From Eledone cirrhosa (Eukaryota), in the NCBI GenBank assembly GCA_964016885.1, contig OZ024752.1:44640001-44704000 (forward strand): a stretch of 64,000 nt of DNA, given 5' to 3'. This document shows, piece after piece, positions 25,720 to 37,600 of this stretch. Position 1 is the stretch's first letter, and each line of letters starts with the position of its first letter. Below the pieces are notes generated by a model, which worked only from the letters and a program-made list of their open reading frames with translations, did not search any database and was not told where the DNA came from. The translations under genes were made by a program, and so were the position numbers.

Positions 25720-27575
25720 ATATATTTAGATTTTTTTTATTATTCATCTTTTTGCTATCAAAATAAACTGAACACAACTCATATAATATGTAAATTTTTC
25801 ATTAACAGACACTTCAGGAAACTTCGCCATTCCCAGTTTAAGCCCGGACGCCTGTAAAAAGAAATGAAATAAGAAACACTATGAAAGCCGTTTACATACG
25901 TTGTCAATAAAGTGTTAAACTTTATAAAATTCTTCTAATTTTGTCTTTTACTACATTTAATATAGAAAATAAACAGTATTTAATAAAAAGGATCAAGCAA
26001 CAAATGAACGTGGAAGGGGTCTGAGCCGCAGACGTAACGGGAAAGGCACAACAGGTGAAACACGAAAAAAAAAAGAATCAAATAATAAAATTCGACTCTC
26101 TCTGCGTTGTGTTCTTGAACAAAAGACTTTATTTCATGTTGCTCCAGATCACTCAACTGTAGAAATGGGTTGGTTGGACATCAGTGGCGTAGAGAGGGGA
26201 GACTTGTATGTATATATATTATATAGATATAAATTTTAGTACAGCATTGACGAAGCTTTAGAATACGGCCAAGCTAGCGTATATGCATAATCGGTCTGTA
26301 GCTTGAGCACTCGGATGAGGAAAAACCCCATTACGTTCAGACAGCTTAGCAAATCAGATATAGCGGTCGAGTGCAAAATATATAACTTACATCGTATATC
26401 AACAATATAGATCACATCCAACATCAGCGCTAAGTTTCTGCAAATCCAAGATCGACAAATTCCTATTGCAGGAGTCTGCAATATAAAGTCACCGCTCCGA
26501 GATACTGTGATCGGGTTTAGATCACCAAAGTATTCTCCCGTCATGGTGTAGCTTCGTTGACACTGAGAGGCGACCAGAGGGCCATGTTTTATATATACAC
26601 ATATAATACAAGCTTTTAAAATACCAGAAAAGTCCGGTAGAGTACATTAGGTGTCCCAACTGTGACAATGTACCTTTGAGAGAGGCTCAACAGGACTACA
26701 TGATGACACAACATGAAGCTAGAGATGCACCAAGTCCTAGGAACCACTTCAGGATGTGCGACCACTGGAACAACCTCAAACAAGAAACAGTGGACCAACC
26801 GCTTAGGTTTATCGCTTCTCGTATAGAGAGAATACTTCCATATCTCTATACATTATATATATCTACATCTATATAAACACATATTTATGTATATATATAT
26901 ATACACGCTGGAATGTAGGAGTCAGAGGGTAGACATAATACAATCTTTTAAAATACTAAGTGTTCGATAAAGTAGAGAACACTAGAGGGTGGCTGACATC
27001 TTTATATCTGTGTATATATATATATATATAAGTAGAGAACACTAGAGGGTGGCCGACGACAGAGCTCAAGCCGTTTCGACGGCTATTTCTGGACTATATA
27101 TATATATATATACGTGTGTATATATAAACTAGAGGGTGGAAGCTGACATCTATACACACACACATATATACATATGTGTGTATATATGTGTGTGTATATA
27201 TAAACTAGAAGGTGGAAGCTGACATCTTTACACACACACATATATATATATATAAAGTAGAGAACACAAGCTGTCCGTATTAACAGGTAGTAAATATGAC
27301 AGTGAAACACCACGTGCTAGTAACAGTTGTAAACTATCTGTTAAATAATTATTTCTGACATTTTGAAGGGAAATAAACATAGAATGTTTCAATAAAAATC
27401 TTCAACATAAAATAAAACTATAATTTACCTCCGTAAAATAATAAAATCCAAGTTTTTAACGTTTTTTTAAATCAGATTGGAAAACACGAAATTCTTCAGG
27501 TAGCCATTGTTTTTTCTAAACAGATTTACCTGAAATACGCATGCGCGAAAAAATTAGACAGGAATGCGCATGCGC
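25720..27575 (-). ncRNA. Putative two-exon non-coding host transcript
   Basis: Two NRF1-type GCGCATGCG motifs (27537-27546, 27565-27575), donor GAG|GTAAAT at 27429, acceptor TTTCTTTTTACAG| at 25851, AATAAA at 25736-25741; no substantial ORF. Confidence 0.4.
26242..26565 (-). ncRNA. Candidate ~325-nt structured intronic RNA of unknown class
   Basis: Terminal 14/16-bp stem and at least five internal helices in unique, CpG-containing sequence. Confidence 0.45.
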
Positions 27576-27734
27576 TAAGTGTTTATGTGGATGGCTTAGT
27601 GGTAAGAGTGTCCGGTTTAATAATCGGCAATTCGAAGGTTTTGGTTGTGTTCTTGAGCAAGACACTTTATTCCACGTTACTTAACATCATTCAGCTGCAT
27701 AAATTGACATAAATGGAGACATATATATATACAT

Positions 27735-28540
27735 ATCTTCTTCTTCGCCGATTGAGAGGGTCGTGGGGGAAGATTCATCTAACACTCCAGCGGGTCCTGT
27801 CAAAAGCAATGAGACGCACTTGACAACGTTGTCTTTGATGGAACTCGGGAACAGTTTAAAACAAGTTTACTTGATGTACTTTGTCTTTAGAAGACAAAAC
27901 ACAGAGATGTTGGTTCGATGACATCCTAGCTGTATCCGTGTTTCAATCTTGGGTGTATCCACGTTGACTTGCTGGAATATACAGTGTTATATACTACAAA
28001 GGGAGACTCCCATTGGCATTCATCTTTCCCATGCTATGATGTCCTAAAATATTCCACATGTGGTTGTCCTTTCCACACGTGCATTAATAACCCCAAGATC
28101 TTGCCTAAATGTGGAATTGATGTTATATACCCTGGTAAATCTTGGTAAAAAGCCATGATTGATTCTAGGCTACTCTGCAGGGTAGGGGCATGGAACTTTT
28201 AGGTCAATGATCACTAATGCTTTGTGGTTGCTCCAGTCGTTTTCTCTCTGTTCGGACAGCAACACCTACTCCTCCATTGCTTTGGTTTGCCTTTCCAGAA
28301 ACGTATAGCCAGCACCTCTCTCTGATAGGTCACCTTCCCCACTAACATGGGTTTCACAATCCGATGACAAAATGGTTGTTGACTATTCTGAGTTCCTCCA
28401 ACCTTTGTCAGGTTTTGTTTGTCACCTTGTCCTATAATCCTCCTTGCTGGGGTGGCCAGTTTAGACACTGATGACGCGACCATGTGACAGGTTGTACTGG
28501 GTTACATGTTACCAGTAGCACTCAGGAGTGACCTGACATA
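27735..28540 (-). mobile_element. Internally deleted, decayed RTE element retaining both ends
   Basis: 5' UTR is shared with 2460-2686 (-) and 18809-18972 (+). Endonuclease remnants (AGYT.FWKGKP-like, NARV..., MGKMNANG) and a (GAA)n tail at 27736-27746; related 3' ends at 10715-10756 and 61910-61995. Confidence 0.65.
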
Positions 28541-29106
28541 ATTATATATATACATATGTCTATATATATCTATTTACTTACAATGGGCTTCTTTACAGTT
28601 TCAATCTACTAAATACACTCTTAAGGCAGTGCCCTTCCTAACACCAACAACATTTAGTCAATAATATAAAAACCAGATGTAAAGATGTCTTATGGTTTGA
28701 TTCACTAAACTGTCAAAAACAATAAAAGAATCTAATTTTATTTATTATGTTTTTATTAAATTAACCCTGAATCCGTTTTGTAAAGGAACAACAATAATTA
28801 ATTTTAACATTTGCACAAGGCTACATACATATTTGTATGAGAGAATTAATTGAATCAACCCCCAGATATCACTGGTAATTAATTATTCAATCAACTGAGG
28901 AAGGGGGAATGGGAAATTTCACTCTAATAGAATTTAACCAGATGTTAGTTGTAAAAAACATTTTTTTATAATCGATGAAATTAAACCCTGGTGAGATAAA
29001 ACTAAGTTAACCTGAGTGAGATTAAAAATATTAACATAGTGGAACATAATACTATAAAGTATTTAACTCCACAAAATACTATTCTGATAAGAGGGTGACA
29101 CTTAAA

Positions 29107-29299
29107 CCCTTTAGCATTTACATTACTCCATATTTACTATTATATTTTCATGGTAAAGGCTTTACCTCACATAATATCAAATGTATGAGATTTTGAGAAA
29201 AATACCTTAACACCAGTATGAACAGCTGGTTACAACCAGTTTGAATAGTAAGAGGTGAGAAAATTCAAGCTGGATATGGCCAGTTAAAATGCTAAAGAG
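29107..29299. mobile_element. piggyBac-like MITE, same family, opposite orientation
   Basis: CCCTTTAGCATTTA...AAATGCTAAAGAG-TTAA; single internal unit. Confidence 0.75.
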
Positions 29300-29865
29300 T
29301 TAAACTGTTTTTTATTATGCTTCTAAGCTAGAGATAACATGTGTAAGAAGCCATATATATCTTTGATGAAAGATCAAGCAACTATCACAGATGAGTGCAT
29401 AATATAGACTCCTAGTGTGAAATATAGGTTTTATTCTCATTGGCTGAAACTACTTCAGATGAGAACAGAACCATTGTCTTGTGAGGATGTCTAAATATGA
29501 CAGGAAACCGTCTATTATGTGATATCATCTTAGATGATGTATATAGGAACTTACTATTATTTATCTTGGTCTTAGACAATATATATATATATCTCTCTAT
29601 ATACACACACAAACATACATATACACACACATATATATATATAAATATGAGGAAAAGTAACAAATTATCTACATGTTCACCAAAACTTTCTGTAAGTTGC
29701 CAACATTACATTTGCATGTTAAAAGGTGGTATTCTTGTGGTTATTTAACCAAGGTTTGCCCTTCATTGCTCCAGCTTTCTTCCTTCTGTAGACATGACCA
29801 CTCCTCTGGCTGTGTCTAGCAGGGAAGTACAGAGATCTGTGATCCAGTTTCTATGTTCTGAAGGT

Positions 29866-30028
29866 CAATACAACATGGTGACAGCATTCTATCATGTAGA
29901 AGTGTGTATTAGTGGACATTCAATACAACATGGTGACAGCATTCTATCATGTAGAAGTGTGTATTAGTGGACATTCAATACAACATGGTGACAGCATTCT
30001 ATCATGTAGAAGTGTGTATTAGTGGACA
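29866..30028. repeat. 55-bp tandem repeat x3
   Basis: caatacaacatggtgacagc at 29866, 29921 and 29976. Confidence 0.9.
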
Positions 30029-30204
30029 GCTGGAAGCCGTGCATTCAAAAGCAAGGAGGGCTTATGTAATTCTTCAACACCTGTTTTTGGTTTAATGAAT
30101 GACAGAAACAAGTGTTTACAATCTTTCACATCAATATATGTGTGTGTAAATAAATATATTTATATGTGTGTGTAAATATATATATATATGTACATATATA
30201 TAAT

Positions 30205-30778
30205 GTAATTAGTAAGGCAATTAAGGACATGAAAACTGGGGAAGCAGCTGGTCCATCAGGAACAGTTGCAGCTGGGTCAGTAGGACACACCATGACCACG
30301 TGTGCTGTAAACCAAGTAATACTAGATTTGTGCCAGAAAAAAGCACCACTGATGCCCTCTTTCTTGTGAGACAGTTACAGAAAAGGTACCTAGCTAAAGG
30401 TAAGCCTCTCTACCTAGCATTTGTTGATCTGGAGAAAGCTTTCAACAGAGTGCAACGTGATATAATTTGAAAGCTTACAAAACTAGGAGTAGATGAATAG
30501 CTTGTATAAGCCATGTATAGGGGAGCACCCAGTCCACACTATAAAGTGGACAGGTAAAAGACACTGCAAAAAGCACCCAGTCGACACTGTAAAGTGGACA
30601 GGTAAAAGACACTGCAAAAAGCACCCAGGACACACTGTCAATGTGGTTGGCGATAGGAAGGGCATCCAGCCATAAACACCCCTATATGAGCGAGACATGG
30701 TTAACTGACCCAACTTTTAAATGGGCCCCATCTAATTAATGCTAGCGTGGTAAATAGACGTTAATCAATGATGATGAT
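30205..30778 (+). mobile_element. Decayed RTE element (RT remnants plus 3' tail)
   Basis: KAIKDMKTGEAAGPSG and LYLAFVDLEKAF-like remnants followed by the common RTE 3' UTR and (GAT)n. Confidence 0.7.
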
Positions 30779-31189
30779 TATAAAATTCATATATATATAT
30801 ATAATCATGAATGCCACAGAAATATTTATTATGGATGCTTATAAAAAAAGGAATTATGAATTTCTGCATCTGACATTCGCAATTATCATTATTGTACATA
30901 ACTCAGACAATAAAGGGTTACGGCCCTTTATTGTCTGAGTTCAAATCCGCTGAGGTTAACTTTGCCTTTCATCCTTACGGGGTCGATAAAATAAAGTACC
31001 AGTAATGTACTAGGTAAATTGCTGGCCTTGTGCCAAAAGTAGAAACAATTATTGTACATATACTCTATCACGCAAGAAGTAAGACATATAAATATATATA
31101 TATAGAGAGAGAGACAGATATAAATATATATAGATAGATATAAATATAGATATACACACACATATATATATATAGAATGAAGAAAAGGC

Positions 31190-31565
31190 ACTATTCTGAA
31201 ATCATACCATTTTATTAATTATGTCATTCCTGTTATGCACATTTCAATGGCATCAAGTGATGCCCCACAGAGAGTCCTTTATATAAGATTCATATGTTTG
31301 CTCGGCTTGAGGTGACAATATTGTTATACTCGGCCTCAATATATCACGGTATGGATAATTACATAATGGCTATCTGACGAGATTGTATCAATTGCATAAT
31401 TTATGCCATTGAAATGCACATAACAGCAATGATGTAATTAATAAAATGATATAAAATTCCAGAATAATATTGCTCTATTCTTCATTTTTATACAAAAACT
31501 CTGTCGTACATAAAACTACATGATTATATTACAGTTTGGAATCTACACTACATTGAGTGCTAAAA
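31190..31565 (+). mobile_element. Fold-back pLTR-like element with degenerate hammerhead
   Basis: CTGACGA 31374-31380...GAAA TGCACA TA 31411-31422; 31192-31252 is an inverted copy of 31403-31468. Confidence 0.6.
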
Positions 31566-31659
31566 CCTGTTTACACAAAAATTAGTTGATCGACAATTAC
31601 AATTATGAAATGATTACTGATCATTGAAAATGAACAGACCAAATATATATATGTATATA

Positions 31660-31736
<77 letters not shown>

Positions 31737-31934
31737 ATGTATGTATATATATATATAACAAAGAAGGTGTGGTAAGATACCAGGGGCGACCATAACGCAC
31801 CAGAGTACTCGTTACTTAGGATAGTAGTAGAGTGGGAGAAAAGTCACGACCCCGATGTCTGAGCTCCAATCGTCGTTCGGATCTAGCTGTCAAAACGGCC
31901 AGAGCTCAGCCGTCGAGGTCCTGACTATTTTCAT

Positions 31935-31935
31935 G

Positions 31936-31966
<31 letters not shown>

Positions 31967-32325
31967 AAATATGTATAAATATGTATAAATATATATATAT
32001 AAACATATATATATATATAAACATATATATATAAACATATATATATAAACATATATATATAAACATATATTTATAAACATATATATATATAAACATATAT
32101 ATATATAAACATATATATATAAACACATATATATATATATATAAACATATATATATATAAACATATATATATAAACATATATATATAAACATATATTTAT
32201 AAACATATATATATAAACACATATATATAAACATATATATATATAAACATATATATATATAAACATATATATATATAAACACATATATATAAACATATAT
32301 ATATATAAACATATATATATATATA
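31935..32325. repeat. (TA)n-derived array periodically interrupted by AAAC
   Basis: Direct inspection; lies just 3' of the ABCG stop. Confidence 0.9.
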
Positions 32326-32492
32326 ACGAAGGAAATGTGGTAAGGTAAGGAACCAGATGGACCATAGCATTCAGAATTAGCCGTCGAAACGGCTTGAGCT
32401 CAGCCGTCGGGGTCCTACTCGTTCCTATATATATATATATATATGTTTATATATATATTTTTATATATATGTTTATATAATAGTTCCGATCT

Positions 32493-33829
32493 TCACTTTG
32501 CTGATACTGGTTTATGTTTGAGTCGTAGGATTAAATATCCAGTGAAACGAACTAATACAATAAGACCGACTAGAAGAATGATGTTGCCGTATAGTGGAAT
32601 ATCTATATTAGCTGTTTCAATAACTTTATAACTAGGAACAGAGTCAGCGCCATCTTTACACGGACCAAACGTGCTGGCTGTTGTCAGATTCAGACACCTA
32701 CAATAGAAATGGAGAGAGTGTTAAAGATGGGGAGGGAGTACACAGATAACAATAGAGAGAGAGAGGTATTACATAGAGAAGAGTATATATGTGTGATATG
32801 CACAGGTAGGCCAGACAGCTATGGTAAGATACCAGGTGGACCATAACTATGGAATATATTGTTTGAACTTTCGAATGTGTGATTGGGATTTTAAGAGCAA
32901 TTTAGTAAATGGTTGATCTACAATCACAGTGGAAGTAAAAATAGTTTTAAAAGAAATAAAGACAGAAAGAAACAACATAATTACTGGATAGGAGAATCGT
33001 TTCCAAATTCTAGCATCAATAAAATGTTGTAGGCATAGGAAAGAAAAGAGAAATTCTTCAACCACAATAGCCAGGAGGGGATCTTTTCTGCATAAAATCC
33101 AACTGAAACATAGAAAGTAGACATTATTATTGGTTTTTAAGATAGGCTCAATGACAGATATTTGAGGGAGGGGTATAGTTTAAGATAGGCTCAATGACAG
33201 ATATTTGAGGGAGGGGGTATAGTTTAAGATAGGCTCAATGACAGATATTTGAGGGAGGGGGTATATATATATACATATGGAGGCACTGGTCTGAGAATTG
33301 AACTCACAACCTTTCGATTGCAAGGCCAATACTCTAACCACTAAGCGATGTGCCTCCATATATATATATCTGCAATACAATATACTGACAATATTCAATA
33401 ATAATAGCGTGACAGATATCTTTAACTTACCAAATAACATACTGATTAATATGAAGACTGATGAAAATGTTAGGCCCCACTGGATATCCAGAAATACAAC
33501 ACCAAACAGTAAACCCAGGCCCTAACAATGAAAAAATTATAAAATTAAGATTGCAGAATATATTTGTATCATGATTACTGGCTTGACGCTGCAAACTCAG
33601 TCTTTGGATTACCTTCTGCTACATTCTAGACAATATATATATATATTATACATATATATATATATATTGTACACACACACATATATATATTGTACGCACA
33701 CACGTGTGTGCGTATATATGTGTGTGTGTGTATATATATATGTGTGTGTGTGTGTATGTATATATATATATAAAAGTAATGAAGATTGCTGGTATTAAGT
33801 CAACGTTCTCTGGCCAACATATATATATG

Positions 33830-33863
<34 letters not shown>

Positions 33864-33871
33864 ATATGTGC

Positions 33872-33919
<48 letters not shown>

Positions 33920-34172
33920 ATATATATATACATATGAAAAATGAACAAAAAAAAAAAAAAGCAACACAGGAGTTGCAATGATGACATATTAGTTTAATGT
34001 AAGTACTTCTTTGATGGAGGTAGAAAAAATGTGTGTGTATATATGTATATATATGTGTGTGTGTATATGTATTTGTCCATGGCTGGTCTCCATTGGACTG
34101 TGAGTATATTGGAAGGGTTATTGAGTGTATGTGTGAGAGAGAGAGAGAGAACAAGGAGAGAAAGATATATAC

Positions 34173-34205
<33 letters not shown>

Positions 34206-34615
34206 ACAAGGAGAGAAAGATATATACATATATATATAGAGAGAGAGAGCGAGAGGGGGTGGGGAAGGAGTAGATATATAACAAAAAAGGAAGAAGGACA
34301 ACAAAGTATTGAAAGAGAGAGAATGAAGAATAACTCAATAGACTAGAGAGAAAGATTTTGAAAATGAAAGTGACTTACCTGAGACAATATCGCATGAAGA
34401 ACAATGATAATTAAAGACAGGCAGAGGGTTCCTGGATTGTCAAGCCCTGCCAATAGACACGACAATAAAAAACTGACTATAGGGAGAATGATTGCTAATG
34501 GAGCTTCGACCATCATCTTGGCCATGTAGTAAGCTGAGAGACGGTAGTAACCAGCAGCACGCTCTTTCAATAGAAGTTCTTTATCTTCAGGCACTGGATA
34601 ACAAATAAGAAAACA

Positions 34616-34655
<40 letters not shown>

Positions 34656-37600
34656 TTTAATATTCAACAGTTTTGTCCATATGAATGAAACAGTTCTAGT
34701 CCTATAGAAGCCATTTCTATATTAAATAATTGTTTCTACTTTAGGCACAAGGCCAGCAATTACCAGTGCATTACTGGTACTTTATTCTATCGACCCCGTA
34801 AGGATGAAAGGCAAAGTCAACCTCGGCAGGATTTGAACTCAGATCGTAAAGGGACGTAACTATGCTGGAAAGCATGGCGTTGACCCTCTACCGATACTGC
34901 CAATCCACCGCGATGTTTACACTCTACTAATGTATTGAGTAACTTTTTAACATGACTCAAACATGCACCTTTGATGAGTTGTAGTGCACCCGAGCACTGT
35001 AGACAATAATTTCATTATTATTATTATAACTTACCTGCCAGAATGGCTTCTATTAGAGGCTGGAATGACCACTGCACTACTAGGAAAAATATCTGGAAGT
35101 AAACAAATAATCAATATATATATATATACATACATATATTAAATGGAATATTATGATATATTCTTTTAATGGTTTATGTAATTAGACTGTGGTCATGCTG
35201 GGGCACAGTCGATCTTATAAACCCCAGTATTTATTTTATCAAATCTTGTACTTATTTTGTCGATCTCTTTTTGTCGAACCGCTAAGTTATGAGACACAAA
35301 TATAAACACATGCACACACACATACATACATATCGTTAAATGATGACGATGATTTACACACACATACGATATATATATATATATATATATAAGGAAGACC
35401 ACGAAAAACATGGGCGGAGGTGGTGAGAGCAGACCTCAGATTGCTGAAGCTCACGGAGGAAATGACGAAGGACCGTGGTAAGTGGAGAGATGCTGTGCTG
35501 AATAGGACTGATCCCACCCTTGCAAGCAGGAAAAAGCGGATGTAAAATGATGCTGATATATATATCATCATCATCATCATCGTTTAACGTCCATCTTCCA
35601 TGCTAGCATGGGTTTGGACGGGAATTTTCCCACTTGAAGCAAGATTGGTTGTCTTGCTCGTATAGGACTATCTAGCGGGTTTTCTACGGCTGGATACCCT
35701 TCCTAACACCAACCACATTTACAGTGTGGACTGGGAAGTTTTTACTGTGTTGCCTACATGGCCACATTACAGCGTGGACTGTGTGTTTTTTTGTCGTGAC
35801 ACCTACACGCCCTCATTTATTTCGAACTGGATGTTGTGGTACCAACATAACTTTACATTGGAAGGGGTGGTGTGGATGGGGTGGGGGTAGTGGGGCCGGG
35901 GTGTATTTTTGTTAGAGGTGCCTACTGACTGTAGGTTTCGCTTTGTACTTAGGCAAGGCGGGTCTTCTGTATTACCGTGTAGCGCCAAAGATCTCGGTCC
36001 AGTGATATTGTCTTGGAGAGGTGTAAGTGTGTGAGGTCGGAATTTAGCAAGTTGTCCCAGGTTTTTCTGGGTCTGCCTACTCCGTGGCTACCGTCTATTT
36101 TTATTGCCCTGCACTTTTTATACAGCTGTCGTCTTTCATGTGCATCACGTGATATATATATATCGACTTCCCATTTTGCTAGACACCTTGTCCATGACCT
36201 TTAGCAGGCTGTCCTACAGAAATATATATATATGTGTGTGTGTGCAGAGATAAAGAGAGAGTGTGATAAAGAAAGAGAGAGAGAGAGAGGGGGGGGGGGG
36301 TTAGAATAGATACACAGGTAGAGAAATCAATAGATATTTAAAATAGTTAGTTAGACAGAATGATAGATTAAGTAGATAAACATCAAACAATTTATAGGCA
36401 AACATTAACAGCCATACTTCCATCATGTATAAAATGGAAGTATCTAAAACATTGAGAACACAGAAATGACCAATTCTGATTCCATATCTTACCAATCCTT
36501 TAATGTCTCTGATTCTATCTTCTGTTCTCTCAGTCTGGAAATATAACAGACCTATTGTTATCCCTAAAGATATTGTCCGGAATATTTCAAATTTTGAAAT
36601 AATTCTTGATTTTGATTGTTTGAATCCTCTCCATGCCAGCCAGTGGAACTGTGTCCAAAATGACGTCGGCCATTTTGCTACGTCTTCTTCCTGTTTTGAA
36701 ATTAAAAGTGTAACTTCTTTGTTGGAACCTAAAATAAACCACATGTAAATAAGAGATGAGATTTATTATTACAATATGATCCATGTGTCTCTAATATAGG
36801 GCCATATTCAGCATTTTGTATTTAAAATAATAATAATATATAAACCATATTTACTCATGTATAGCTTGTATTTCTTTTTTGTATATTTGGTACATAATTT
36901 CAATCAGAAAAATGAGAGGTATGACTTATATATGAAGTTAATCCTTTTACCATTTACATTACTCTATATATACTATTGTATTTTCATGGTAAAGGCTTTA
37001 TGTCACATAATATGAGATTTTGATATTTATTTTGAGAACAATACCTTAACATCAGTATGAGTGGCCAGTTACAGCTGGTTTGAGGTGAAAGAATATTGGC
37101 CGTATCCGGCCGGTTTAAATGCTAAAGGGTTAAATAATCTTGTGCTAAAAATATCATTGTTATCCTAACCAGCTGCAACGAGAGCAGATGATTGAAATTG
37201 ACCCCAGTATTTTACTAATACTTCATTTTATTGATGCTACTATAATAAAATGATTAACTTACCATCATCAATTTCCGTGATGATATTGTCTGAGTAGATG
37301 GAGTTCTGGCTGGAAGGAGAAACACAATGATTGACAATAATATTGTCACAAATCTAATTTAATGAGGGAGAAGGACCTAATTAAGAATAGATTAATCAAG
37401 GATTTGACAGAAAAAAAGGAAATATGATGTGTCTAAACATTTAGATGAGTTATTGTTAATAAAATTAACAATTTTTTCATATAAAAATGAGAAAATTCAT
37501 CGATGGAACATTCATTAAAACAGCTAAAGGCCATCAAAGACAGTGATGGACAAAAATGTCTGAGAAGACAGAGACCAGTGGTCATCAGAAAGACAATCCA

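Noticed and set aside
26333-26368. GTTCAGACAGCTTA...AGATATAGC resembling group I intron R and S elements
   Set aside because: Spacing is too short for P3/P8, P7 pairing is poor, and no P/Q elements were found.
26505-26525. CTAAACCC (minus) as a telomerase template
   Set aside because: It would specify a plant-type repeat rather than TTAGGG, is shorter than 1.5 repeats, and no CR4/5 or H/ACA domain was recognised.
29670-30081. Possible extra minus-strand exon of the ABCG gene
   Set aside because: ABCG already terminates at 32493, and this segment contains a non-triplet 55-bp repeat and no recognisable protein similarity.
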